Below, one piece after another: positions 9,055-18,650 of a stretch of 64,000 nucleotides of DNA. Position 1 is the stretch's first letter. The number at the start of each line of letters is the position of its first letter. The notes under the pieces are model-generated. The model searched no databases, was not told where the DNA came from, and worked only from the letters and a program-made list of their open reading frames with translations. The stretch is from Chloroflexota bacterium. Its GTDB lineage: Bacteria > Chloroflexota > UBA11872 > VXOZ01. Location of the stretch: the NCBI GenBank assembly GCA_963663275.1, contig OY760183.1:3200001-3264000 (forward strand), read 5' to 3'. A program made the translations under genes and the position numbers.

Positions 9055-10248
9055 GTGGACAATCGACAGCCGGTAATCCTCGGAGCCGTCCGCACGCCGA
9101 TTGGCAAGTTTGGCGGCGCCTTTAGCGGGCTTAGAGCGCCGGATCTGGGCGTGGTCGCGGCGCAGGCGGCGTTGGCGCGAGCCGACGTTTCGCCTGACGA
9201 CGTGCAGGTCTCGCTCTTCGGTCAGGTCTTGCAGGGCGGCAGCGGCATGAACCCCGCGCGCCAGGTCGGCATTCGCGCCGGCGTGCCTGAAACGGCGCCG
9301 TCAATGACCGTAAACCAGGTCTGCGCATCGGGTTTGCAGTCCGCGGCGCTGGCCGGACAGTATATCCGCCTGGGTGAAATTGACGTGGCGCTGGCCGGCG
9401 GCATGGAGAGCATGAGCAATGCGCCCTACGTTCTGCCGGAAGCGCGCTGGGGCGGCACGTTGGGTCATGCGACGCTCGTCGATACGCTGCTTGGCGACGG
9501 TCTTTGGGACGCTTTTGAAGACTGCCACATGGCAAACACCGCCGATACGCTGGCGCAAGAGTACGGCATTTCCCGCGAGGCGCAGGACCGGTTCGCCTGG
9601 GAGAGCCAGCAGCGTTACGCGGCCGCGGCCGGGGCCTGCCGCGTGGCCGCCGAAATCGCGCCGGTTTCCGTGCCGCAGCGCCGGGGACCGCCGCGCGTGG
9701 TCGAAGACGATGAATACCCGCGACCCGACACAACCACCGCAGCCCTGGCGTCGCTGCGGCCCGCGTTCAAGGGTGTTGACGCTATCACGGCCGGCAACGC
9801 TTCCGGCATCAACGACGGCGCCGCCGCCCTGGTGGTCGCTTCGGCCGAGTGGGCCGAAGCCCACCGGCGCCGGCCGCTGGCTACCCTCACGGCGGTTGCC
9901 ACCACCGGCGTCGCGCCTCTGCGCATGGGCATCGGACCGGCAAAGGCTATCCGCATCCTGCTCGAAAAGACCGGACTAACGCTTGCAGAAATAGATCTCT
10001 TGGAGATCAACGAAGCCTTCGCCGCGCAAGTGCTGGCGGTGGAAGCCGAACTGAAGTGGGACCGGGCGCGGGTGAATGTCAACGGCGGCGCGATTGCGGT
10101 CGGTCATCCCATCGGCGCCAGCGGCGCCCGCATTCTCGTTACGCTCATCCACGAAATGCAGCGCAGGAACGTCCGCCGGGGTATTGCCGCGCTGTGCGCC
10201 GGCGGCGGCATGGGCATCGCCGCCCTGGTGGAACGAGAGGTGCGCTAG
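9055..10248 (+). CDS. Acetyl-CoA C-acetyltransferase (thiolase)
   Basis: RTPIGKFGG, NQVCASG, NEAFA, GHPIGASG and CAGGG motifs. AGGAG RBS before GTG. Confidence 0.95.
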   Translation: MDNRQPVILGAVRTPIGKFGGAFSGLRAPDLGVVAAQAALARADVSPDDVQVSLFGQVLQGGSGMNPARQVGIRAGVPETAPSMTVNQVCASGLQSAALAGQYIRLGEIDVALAGGMESMSNAPYVLPEARWGGTLGHATLVDTLLGDGLWDAFEDCHMANTADTLAQEYGISREAQDRFAWESQQRYAAAAGACRVAAEIAPVSVPQRRGPPRVVEDDEYPRPDTTTAALASLRPAFKGVDAITAGNASGINDGAAALVVASAEWAEAHRRRPLATLTAVATTGVAPLRMGIGPAKAIRILLEKTGLTLAEIDLLEINEAFAAQVLAVEAELKWDRARVNVNGGAIAVGHPIGASGARILVTLIHEMQRRNVRRGIAALCAGGGMGIAALVEREVR

Positions 10249-10252
10249 TTCC

Positions 10253-11011
10253 ATGAGACTGGAAGGCAAACACGCGCTCATCACCGGCGCTTCCCAGGGC
10301 ATCGGCCGCGCCACCGCCCTCGCGCTTGCCCGCGCGGGCGCGGACGTGGCGATAAACCACTATCCCGACGCGGACGGCGTGCACCGGCGCAACGCGGAAG
10401 CGGTGGCGGCGGAAGTGGCGGCTATGGGACGCCGGGCGCTGGTCATCGGCGCGGACGTGGCGCTAGAGGAGCCGTCCGCCGCCATGTTCGCGCGGGCCGC
10501 GCAGGAGTTCGGCGGCATTGACGTGCTGGTCAACAACGCCGGCATCTTGCGGGACGCAACCCTGCGCAACTTGACCCGCGAGCACTGGGACGAGGTGCTG
10601 GACGTGAACCTGGGCAGCATGTTCAATTGCTCCAAGCCCGCGGCCATCCACATGCGCGAACGCGAAACGGGTAGCATCGTGAACGTGGCGTCGGTGATCG
10701 CCCTGATGGGCAATATCGGCCAGACTAACTACGCGGCGGCCAAAGCCGGCGCGATCGGCTTTACAAAGTCCCTGGCGCGGGAACTGGCACGGTACGGCGT
10801 GCGCGTCAATGCCGTTGCGCCCGGCTTCATGGATACCGACATGACCCGCGCCATCGACGACGATATCCGCGAGCAGGTGCGCCAACAAATCCCGCTCGGG
10901 CACTTTGGCCGGGCCGAAGACGTGGCCGCCGCGATTCTCTTCCTGGCCTCCGACGACGCCCGCTACATCACCGGCGAGGTGCTGAGCGTCAACGGTGGCT
11001 GGTATATGTGA
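10253..11011 (+). CDS. SDR 3-oxoacyl-ACP/acetoacetyl-CoA reductase (FabG/PhaB-like)
   Basis: TGASQGIG, NNAGI and YAAAK motifs; adjacent to thiolase. Confidence 0.92.
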   Translation: MRLEGKHALITGASQGIGRATALALARAGADVAINHYPDADGVHRRNAEAVAAEVAAMGRRALVIGADVALEEPSAAMFARAAQEFGGIDVLVNNAGILRDATLRNLTREHWDEVLDVNLGSMFNCSKPAAIHMRERETGSIVNVASVIALMGNIGQTNYAAAKAGAIGFTKSLARELARYGVRVNAVAPGFMDTDMTRAIDDDIREQVRQQIPLGHFGRAEDVAAAILFLASDDARYITGEVLSVNGGWYM

Positions 11012-11103
11012 AAATCGATCATGCGGTCTCTCTCCCGTAGCGCGGGAGCTCGTCCTCCGCCCCGCCGCAAAAACCGCGCCTGGAGCACGAAAGGACTCAT
11101 CCG

Positions 11104-11766
11104 ATGCTCATCGATACCGCTCAATTCAAGACGAACCATCTCGCCGACGACGCCGCGCTGCCGCCGGAGAAGACCGCGCTCATCATCGTGGACATGATGC
11201 GGCGCTTCTGCGATCCGGCTTGGTTGTCCGGCGGCAACCCGGAGAGCGAGCGTTGGTTTACGGACGAATTGCAGACCGTCTTTCCCAACCTGCGCGCCAT
11301 CCTCGACGCCTTCCGCGCCTCCGGCGGTCTGGTGGCGCACGTCGTCAACGCCAAGTGGACCGCTGAGGCCCGTGAAGCCGTGCCCTACCAGCGCGGCCGC
11401 GACTACGACTACTTCGATTCCCACGCCATGTCCGTCATCGACGAACTCGCGCCGCAACGCGACGAGATCGTCGTCAGAAAACTAACCAGTTCCGCCTTCA
11501 CCGGCACCGGCCTTGACTACATGCTCAACAACGCCGGCATTCGCAACGTCGTCCTCACCGGCCAATACGGCGGCGCGTGCGTCTTCTACAGCCTCATCCA
11601 GAGCCGCGAATACGGCTTCACCAACTACTGGCCCTGCGACGCCATCCTGCACGCTTCAGCCGTGGACCAGGCCATGATTACGCCGCTGGTAGGCACGCGC
11701 TGGGCGACGCTGGCTACGTCGGCGCAGATCGCGCGGGCGGTGGCCAAACCAGGCGCTTCGGCATAG
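11104..11766 (+). CDS. Isochorismatase-family cysteine hydrolase
   Basis: TALIIVDM, KxxSSAFTGTGLDYML and nucleophile ACV. Confidence 0.85.
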   Translation: MLIDTAQFKTNHLADDAALPPEKTALIIVDMMRRFCDPAWLSGGNPESERWFTDELQTVFPNLRAILDAFRASGGLVAHVVNAKWTAEAREAVPYQRGRDYDYFDSHAMSVIDELAPQRDEIVVRKLTSSAFTGTGLDYMLNNAGIRNVVLTGQYGGACVFYSLIQSREYGFTNYWPCDAILHASAVDQAMITPLVGTRWATLATSAQIARAVAKPGASA

Positions 11767-11861
11767 ACATTCCCTTCACGCCTGTTGCCTTGACACTCAG
11801 CACACGCGCTGCTAGTCTGCAACCATCCGATTGGTTGCAGCATCCACGAAGGAGCACTCCC

Positions 11862-13247
11862 ATGACACGACGAAAAATGCTACTCGGCCTCGGTTCCGGC
11901 GCCGGTTTCGCGCTGCTCGCCGCCTGCGGCCAGGCAACGACCATGACCGATGAGGCGCCCAAGGCCGAAGAGAAGATGGAGCCCAAGGCGGAGGAGAAGC
12001 CCGTCGCTCCTGAAACCTATGAAATCCGGGTCTTCACGACTTCGCGGTGGGATCTCAGCCAAGGCATTGGCCTGGAGGTGGTGCAGGAACTCGAGGAAGC
12101 CAATCCCGGCATAACAGTTAATGCCACCGTTGAATCCGGCAACCGCATGGATAAGATGGTCACGTCCGTGGCCGCCGGCTTCGGCCTTGACATCGGCCAG
12201 GCAGGCTCGTGGCAGTCGCAGACCCTCGCCGTCCTCAATGTTCCGGTGGGGCTCGACTCCTACATGGCAACCTCAAACGTCATCAAGAAAGAGGAGATTT
12301 GGGAATCGCTGCGCGGCGACCTGGAGTATAAGAGCGTAGTGCAGGGCATGCCGTTCGGCCCGGACATCCGCTTCCTCTACGTGGGCAATAAAGCCTACCT
12401 CGATGCGGGACTTGACCCCGAAAGTCCGCCTGCATCGTGGACGGATCTTGAGGACGCCATAGCCAAGATCTATACCGTTAGCGGCGACAAGATCGAGAAA
12501 CTCGGCTTCGACCCGTTGCGCGGCACCGGCGGCAACCACCTCTGGATGGTGCCCATGTGGCAGTTGGGTGGGGAGACCACAACGCCGGAAGGCAAGGTCA
12601 GCCTGAATACGCCCGAGGCGGAAGAGGCCCTGAACTGGCAGAAGACCAACATCTTCGATGCCCAGGGCGGCTACAACCAAGTGTTGGAGTTCTGGGGCGA
12701 GGCGGCGCGCTACCCTGCCTACTTCCAGCCCTTCTTCCAAGGCGTGGTCGGCAATATGCACCTCACCAATTCCGAGCGTGCCGGCCAGATCCTGCCTAAC
12801 CAACCGGACTTCGAGTTCTCTTATGGCCCCTATCCCGTGCCTGAAGGCGGGCGCCAGGCCGGCTACGGCGGTTGCCACACCTGGTTCATTACGGTGGACT
12901 CCGCCCAGCCCGACAAGGCGTGGTTGTTCATGGAGCACTTCGGCAGCCGGGACGTGAACATCCGCTGGGCGCTGCACTTCGACCGTCTGCCCATCCGCTC
13001 CGACGTGGCCGATTCTGAGGAGTACCACCAAGGCGACGACTTCGTGCGCTTCTCCGCCAACATGATGCAACACCGCAAATTCGTCATTCCCTTGCCGGGC
13101 GCGCCGCAGGTGCTCCGGTTCGTCAACGGCTTCATTCCGGACGTCATGGCCGGAAACATTACGATCCCCGAAGCGCTCAAGGAAGCCAACGAGCAGATCC
13201 AGACCATTCTGGACGAGTTCCTGGCGGAGCACGGCGAATCGCGGTAG
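11862..13247 (+). CDS. ABC transporter sugar-type extracellular solute-binding lipoprotein
   Basis: MTRRKMLL...LLAACG signal/lipobox; AGLDPESPPASWTDL and KAWLFMEH patterns. Confidence 0.88.
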   Translation: MTRRKMLLGLGSGAGFALLAACGQATTMTDEAPKAEEKMEPKAEEKPVAPETYEIRVFTTSRWDLSQGIGLEVVQELEEANPGITVNATVESGNRMDKMVTSVAAGFGLDIGQAGSWQSQTLAVLNVPVGLDSYMATSNVIKKEEIWESLRGDLEYKSVVQGMPFGPDIRFLYVGNKAYLDAGLDPESPPASWTDLEDAIAKIYTVSGDKIEKLGFDPLRGTGGNHLWMVPMWQLGGETTTPEGKVSLNTPEAEEALNWQKTNIFDAQGGYNQVLEFWGEAARYPAYFQPFFQGVVGNMHLTNSERAGQILPNQPDFEFSYGPYPVPEGGRQAGYGGCHTWFITVDSAQPDKAWLFMEHFGSRDVNIRWALHFDRLPIRSDVADSEEYHQGDDFVRFSANMMQHRKFVIPLPGAPQVLRFVNGFIPDVMAGNITIPEALKEANEQIQTILDEFLAEHGESR

Positions 13248-13494
13248 AGCACTCGCGCTCACACACACCGGCGCGGCAACCGGGAGGCGGCGCGGTCTCC
13301 CGGTTGCGCAAAGCCGCCTGGTTTCAGAGACGTCGCCCGGGCTTCGGCTGCCACGCGAAGAAGATTCGCGTGGCATAATGAAGTTATCTGTCCACACGCG
13401 GCCTGGGACGAGAGTAACCGTTCGAGTGGGTAACGCAGGTGTGCGGCGCCAAAGTGGATCAGGCGCAAGACGCCGAGCAAGGGAAGCAAGGCCG

Positions 13495-14034
13495 ATGTCA
13501 GCAATTGACACCCACCAAGCCTTTGAAATGTTCATAGGCGCGGGCTTCAGCAAGGAGAAGGCCGACGCCTTGGTCAAGACTATGGGCGTCTCCTTCGACT
13601 CCCTGGCGACCAAGACCGACCTGGAAGTCCTGCGGGCTGCTACAAAGTCCGAACTGGACGCACATAGAGCCGCTATCAGTTCCGAACTAGAGGCGCACAG
13701 AGCCTCTACCAGATCCGACTTAGAGGCGCATAGAGTCGCTACCAAGGCGGACATCGAAGCCCTGGAGCAGCGATTAGACTCCCGTATGGAATCCCTGGAG
13801 CAACGCCTGGAGACCTATAGAGCGGAAGCCAAAGCGGACTTGGTAGCCTCGGAGCAGCGGATGGACGCGCGCTTCGAACTGATGAGCCGCGACATCCTGG
13901 CGTTGGAGCAACGTGTGGATGCTCGCTTGGACGCAATGCAGCAGCGCCTGACGATTCGCACCGGCGCCATGCTGTGCGCGGGATTCGGCTTGGTAATTGC
14001 GGTCCTGGTCGCGTTGGAACTGCTACCGCTCTAG
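13495..14034 (+). CDS. DUF1640/CCDC90-like coiled-coil protein with C-terminal TM helix
   Basis: IDTHQAF..F..AGFS.E.A.AL, LATKTDL, 11-aa repeats (33 bp x4 at 13639-13770), QRLTIR.G.M plus hydrophobic tail. Confidence 0.8.
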   Translation: MSAIDTHQAFEMFIGAGFSKEKADALVKTMGVSFDSLATKTDLEVLRAATKSELDAHRAAISSELEAHRASTRSDLEAHRVATKADIEALEQRLDSRMESLEQRLETYRAEAKADLVASEQRMDARFELMSRDILALEQRVDARLDAMQQRLTIRTGAMLCAGFGLVIAVLVALELLPL

Positions 14035-14094
14035 TGGCTGCGTACGGTTGGCAATCCCGCTGCCGCCGCTCCCAAGCCCGAGAGAGTTTAGCCA

Positions 14095-15258
14095 ATGACG
14101 TTGGATGGTACGCAAGCGCCGGATGACCCGCAATTGACGGGGACAGACGTCGACCCGTTGCGGCGGCGCTTATTCGAAGCCTACGACAACTGGCTCATGC
14201 GCCAGTGCCGCGCACGCTACGATGCCCGCGCCGCCCGCTGGCAGCGGGATTTCTCCGGCCCGGAGGCGTATTCCCGCTCCGTCGCGCCGAACCGGGAGCG
14301 CCTGCTCACCATGATCGGCGGCTGGCCCTGGGAGCGCGGCCCCCTGGAGCCCAGCATCGAGGAAATCGCCGCCACCGACGCCTACACCGCTTCCCGCGTC
14401 TTCTACACGTCCTTCGACGACGTGCGCGTGGACGCGATTCTCATTCGTCCTCACGGCCCTGGGCCGTTTCCGGCGGTGCTCGCCCAGCATGGCGTCAACC
14501 ACACGCCGGAGCAAATCTGCGGCTTTACCGAGCCCGAGCACAGCGCCGCCTACCACGAAATCGGCGTACGCCTCGCCCGGCACGGCTACGTGGTCATCGC
14601 GCCGCGCATGATCGGCGGCTACGGCGAAGACCGCTTCAACGTGCCCAACGTGCCCTCGCTGCGCCGGCACGAGCAAGGCCGCGCGCAGAACCAGATCCAC
14701 CGCAAGGCGATCCTCATCGGCCAGAGCATCCAGGCGCTGGAGTATTTTTCCCTCTCCCGCGCCGTGGACTACCTGGAAACCCTGCCGGAAGTGCAAAACG
14801 ACCGCATCGGCTTGTACGGCCTCTCCCGGGGCGGCCGGGCGGCGCTCTGGCTGGGCGCGCTTGAACAGCGGCTGCAAGCGGTCGTTTCGTCCGCGTGGTT
14901 CAACGAACGCTTCAGCAAGATGCTGCAGCCGGAGATAATCAAAAGCGGCGCGTTCATCGAGACTTCCTCCGAGTTTCAGTTCATTCCAGGCCTCTTTCAT
15001 GAATTCGGCGACGCCGACATTGCCTCGCTCATCTGCCCCCGCGCCTTCTTCGTGGAGGACGGCAAGCACGACCGCGCGGTCTATTGGCGGCACGCCATTC
15101 AGGAATTCACGCTGGTCGAAGAGACGTACGCGCAACTCGGCATACCGGAGAAGTGCGGCATCCGCATCCACGAGTTCGGCCACGAGACGGAACCCGAGGC
15201 GGAGATTACGGACATCCAGGCCGTGGCCTTTCTCGACCGCTGGCTGAAAACCGCGTAG
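14095..15258 (+). CDS. Alpha/beta hydrolase (dienelactone hydrolase/acetyl xylan esterase-like)
   Basis: PAVLAQHG, RIGLYGLSRGG nucleophile elbow, SLICPR, C-terminal GH. Confidence 0.85.
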   Translation: MTLDGTQAPDDPQLTGTDVDPLRRRLFEAYDNWLMRQCRARYDARAARWQRDFSGPEAYSRSVAPNRERLLTMIGGWPWERGPLEPSIEEIAATDAYTASRVFYTSFDDVRVDAILIRPHGPGPFPAVLAQHGVNHTPEQICGFTEPEHSAAYHEIGVRLARHGYVVIAPRMIGGYGEDRFNVPNVPSLRRHEQGRAQNQIHRKAILIGQSIQALEYFSLSRAVDYLETLPEVQNDRIGLYGLSRGGRAALWLGALEQRLQAVVSSAWFNERFSKMLQPEIIKSGAFIETSSEFQFIPGLFHEFGDADIASLICPRAFFVEDGKHDRAVYWRHAIQEFTLVEETYAQLGIPEKCGIRIHEFGHETEPEAEITDIQAVAFLDRWLKTA

Positions 15259-15300
15259 AATCGGGATCAGGCGGCCGGCGCAGAAGCGATTGGCGGAATC

Positions 15301-15828
15301 ATGCCGCGCATTCTCAACGTATTCATCGATCCCCACGTCACACTGCGGCGAGATGAAGCCCTGGATGACTGTCCCGGCAGCGACCGCGAGACGGTTGGCG
15401 ACCACAAGACTGATGGGGATCGCAATACCGGAAGCGACCGCGAGATCGGGATTGATCACATTTCCGATAGTGCTCACGGTTCCGACAGCGATCACAGTTC
15501 CGACAGCGCTCACAATCACGGTAGCGCTCACACTCCCGGTAGCGCAGGTTTGCAACCTGCGCCCGCGCGTGAAATGGACGTCCACGTTGCCGGGCTGGCC
15601 TGCGCCGGCATCTGCGCGCGGCGCACGCAAGCGGGCCTATCCGCCCTGCCGGGCGTGCGGGACGTGACCTTCGATCCCGACCACGACACTTTCACCCTGC
15701 GCTATCAGGGAAACGCGCCGGCGCACGGCGACGTCCAAGCGGCGGTACGCGCGCAGGTGATCGCCAAGCCGGCGCGCAAACTCCTGGCGTGGATCAGCCG
15801 CCCCTTCCGTCGCGCCGTGACCCCGTGA
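15301..15828 (+). CDS. HMA-like domain protein with inserted His/Asp/Ser hexapeptide repeats and an in-frame REP
   Basis: VHVAGLACAGICARR...LSALPGVRDVTFD is HMA-like (CxxxC). 18-bp repeats at 15376-15537; REP at 15538-15563. Confidence 0.65.
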   Translation: MPRILNVFIDPHVTLRRDEALDDCPGSDRETVGDHKTDGDRNTGSDREIGIDHISDSAHGSDSDHSSDSAHNHGSAHTPGSAGLQPAPAREMDVHVAGLACAGICARRTQAGLSALPGVRDVTFDPDHDTFTLRYQGNAPAHGDVQAAVRAQVIAKPARKLLAWISRPFRRAVTP

Positions 15829-15834
15829 GGGTGC

Positions 15835-15868
15835 CCGTTCACACTTCGACAGGCTCAGTGCGAACGGG
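15835..15868. repeat. REP-like palindrome (TTCGACAGGCTCAG family)
   Basis: CCCGTTCACACTTCGACAGGCTCAGTGCGAACGGG; same family at 5341, 25280-25415 and 38658. Confidence 0.75.
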
Positions 15869-16156
15869 TGGGCAAGCGCGACTGCCTCCAGCCAGAAGGC
15901 GCTGAAGTCAAGCAGCGCTGGAATTGTCTCGCCCTCAGTGGCGCCGATTTCGCGCAAGGCTGGGCCGGTTCCGCGCTGCCCCGGTCTCGCGCTAAGCTGC
16001 GCCAGCATTGCGCTGGAGTCTAGGCTAGCGGGCCTGAGTTCGCCGCCGCTTGTATCTCCCCGCGCTAGCGGCTACAGTGATGCTGTCGGCGCGGCGCGAG
16101 TGCGCAGCCATACGCCCACAGTCCGCCCGACCGTCGCAATGCTGAAACGCAGGAGA

Positions 16157-17227
16157 ATGGCCCGCGTGCCTGCGACCGCGCCTGACAATTCCGCCTCCTT
16201 GGCGCACGACCGCCAACCCCCGGCGATTCAGACCACCGTAGTCGGCAGTTATCCGGCGCCGGCCTGGCTGCTGGCGCTGCCGAGCACGCCGGCCTTGCGC
16301 GACGCCATGCTGGCGGTCTTCAAGACCCAGGAACTTGCCGGCATCGACGTGGTGACCGACGGCGAACTCTCCCGGTTCGACGTCAACCATCCGGAGACCC
16401 AGGGCATGATCGAGTACTTCATCTCGCCGCTGGCGGGGGTGGATACCGCGTTCAGCCGCGCCGAGATTGCGGCGTTTCGCCAGCAGCCCGGTATGCGGTT
16501 CCGCAAGCAGCCGGCCGGAGTTGTACGGGACGTGATTGGCCAGGGCACGCTCGACCTGCCCGCCGCCGCGGCCGGCAGCGCGCTCACCACAAGACCCTAC
16601 AAATTCACCGTCACCAGCCCGTACATGCTGGCCAAGTCCCTGCTGGACCTCCACTATCGCGACGTGCGCCACCTCGCCTTCGCCATTGCCGACGTCTTTC
16701 GCGAGCAGGTGGCCGCAGTCGATGCCGCCGTGCTGCAGATCGACGAGGCCAACCTGGTCGGCTCGCCGCAGGACGGCGCGTGGGCGGCAGACATCCTCAA
16801 TCACGTCTTTGCGGATTTCGACGGGCGGAAGGGCGTGCATCTCTGCTTTGGCAATTACGGCGGGCAGACCGTCCAGCAGGGCCTCTTCAATGACCTGCTG
16901 CCCTTCTTCAACCGGTTGGAATGCGACCACCTGCTCTTGGAGTTCGCCCGTCCCGGTGACGCCGAACTGCCGGTCTTCAAAGACCTGCGCCCCGGGATCG
17001 CCTTGGGCATTGGCGTTATCGACATCAAGGACAACGCCGTCGAATCGCCCGACCTCATCGCCCGCCGCATCGAGCGCGCCGTAACGGTACTGGGGCCAGA
17101 GCGCGTCACGTGGGTACACCCCGACTGCGGCTTCTGGATGCTCTCCCGCATCGTGGCCGACCGCAAGGTGGCCGCGCTGGTCGCGGGCCGCGATCTCTAT
17201 CTCGGACGTAACGCCAATAAGGAGTGA
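16157..17227 (+). CDS. Cobalamin-independent methionine synthase II family protein
   Basis: TTVVGSYP, AGIDVVTDGE, LQIDE, Zn ligands HLC..E and HPDCG. Confidence 0.88.
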   Translation: MARVPATAPDNSASLAHDRQPPAIQTTVVGSYPAPAWLLALPSTPALRDAMLAVFKTQELAGIDVVTDGELSRFDVNHPETQGMIEYFISPLAGVDTAFSRAEIAAFRQQPGMRFRKQPAGVVRDVIGQGTLDLPAAAAGSALTTRPYKFTVTSPYMLAKSLLDLHYRDVRHLAFAIADVFREQVAAVDAAVLQIDEANLVGSPQDGAWAADILNHVFADFDGRKGVHLCFGNYGGQTVQQGLFNDLLPFFNRLECDHLLLEFARPGDAELPVFKDLRPGIALGIGVIDIKDNAVESPDLIARRIERAVTVLGPERVTWVHPDCGFWMLSRIVADRKVAALVAGRDLYLGRNANKE

Positions 17228-17230
17228 TCG

Positions 17231-18289
17231 ATGAGCGAACAAGCGCGGGTGGCCGTTGTCACCTCACCGACGGGTACCATGCACGTCGGCGGCTTCCTGG
17301 AAATCCTGGCGGCGCTGCCTGAGGTGGCGCAGGTGGCGTTGGTGACGCGCGGGGCCGATGACATAGAAGCCCACGCGCGGGAACAGCTTGGCGACCGCGT
17401 CATTGGCGCTTTTCCCGACGCGGAGGCGCTCTATGCGTCCTGCCAGCCGCAGCTTGCCATCGTCAGCCTGGAACCGCGCGACGCGCCCGCCGCCATCGCC
17501 GCCTGCCTGAGCCACGGCAGCCACGTCCTGGCGGAAAAGCCCGCCTGCTTGCAATGGGAGGAGTTCGCCGACCTTGCCTCTCTGGCCGATGAAGAACAGC
17601 GCAACATCGGCCTGGCGTTTGCCGCGCGGGGCTTTCCGTTCTTGCAGGACGCCAGAAGACTCGTCGCCAGCGGCACGCTCGGCAAGCTCTATGGCGTCGA
17701 TACCTACTTCATCGCCGACCAGACCCGCGTGCAGCAGGCCGAGTGGCAGGCCTCGTGGTTCTCGCAGCAGGCCCACGCCGGCGGCGGGCATCTGATGTGG
17801 CTGGGCATTCACTATATCGACCTGCTGCACCACCTCACCGGCCAGCGCGTCGTGGAAGTCGCCGGCCTCACCGCCGTCGTCGGCGGCGCGCCGATCGACA
17901 CGGAGGACGCCGCCGTGGCCGTGCTGCGTTTCGAGGACGGCATGGTCGGCACGTTGACCTCGGCCTACTACCTGGACCGCAACAAGCAGTCGCACCTCCA
18001 CCTCTGGGGTTCACAGGGCTGGCTGCGGGGACGGCCCAACGATTGGGAGAGCCTGGAGTGGTACAGCACGCATCCCGCCGAACGCTCCGCGCCCTACCGC
18101 GTGATCCGCTACGATGCGCCGACGAGCGACGCGAAACCCACGTATTACGGCCTGGTGCGCGCCGCCGTGCGCGGCGCGTTGGGATTGGCGGCGCATCCGG
18201 TCACCACGGCGGAATCGCTCCACGTCCTCAAGACGGTCCACGCCATCTACCGCGCCGCGGAGACCAGCCAGACCCAGCGCGTGGAGTAA
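17231..18289 (+). CDS. Gfo/Idh/MocA oxidoreductase
   Basis: HVLAEKP, AGGGHLMWLGIHYID and TEDAA motifs. Confidence 0.9.
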   Translation: MSEQARVAVVTSPTGTMHVGGFLEILAALPEVAQVALVTRGADDIEAHAREQLGDRVIGAFPDAEALYASCQPQLAIVSLEPRDAPAAIAACLSHGSHVLAEKPACLQWEEFADLASLADEEQRNIGLAFAARGFPFLQDARRLVASGTLGKLYGVDTYFIADQTRVQQAEWQASWFSQQAHAGGGHLMWLGIHYIDLLHHLTGQRVVEVAGLTAVVGGAPIDTEDAAVAVLRFEDGMVGTLTSAYYLDRNKQSHLHLWGSQGWLRGRPNDWESLEWYSTHPAERSAPYRVIRYDAPTSDAKPTYYGLVRAAVRGALGLAAHPVTTAESLHVLKTVHAIYRAAETSQTQRVE

Positions 18290-18369
18290 CCGCTACCGCC
18301 ATAGTGGTTGCTTGGCAGTGTTGACACGACAATTGCAAGTCCGTTCCATGAGTAGAGAGTTGCAATGGC

Positions 18370-18535
18370 TGTCAATCCGAGCGCAGCCCAAGGCCGCCTC
18401 CGTTGTCATTCCAATTGGAGCGCAGCTCGGGGCCGCAACCCTTGTCATTCCGAACAGAGTGAGGAATCTAGAATGTTAGGCTTACAGATTGTATGCGGTA
18501 TGCACCCCAGATTCCTCGCTGCCCTCGGAATGACA
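18370..18535. repeat. GTCATTCCG...GAGGAATC / GATTCCTC...GGAATGAC inverted pair with upstream degenerate duplications
   Basis: Inverted arms at 18443-18470 and 18509-18535; partial copies GTCAATCCGAGCGCAGC and GTCATTCC..GAGCGCAGC upstream. Confidence 0.8.
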
Positions 18536-18650
18536 GTCACGTACAACGTGCACATGACATGAGCGGTCAACACACAAAAGTAGCAGCGCAAATCCACACA
18601 GTAGCCAGGCAAGCGCACGCGCTGGCTGCGCAAGAATGAGGGAATAAGTT

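Noticed and set aside
15870-16156. SAM or B12 riboswitch upstream of the MetE-like gene
   Set aside because: No recognisable SAM-I/II/SAH or cobalamin consensus.
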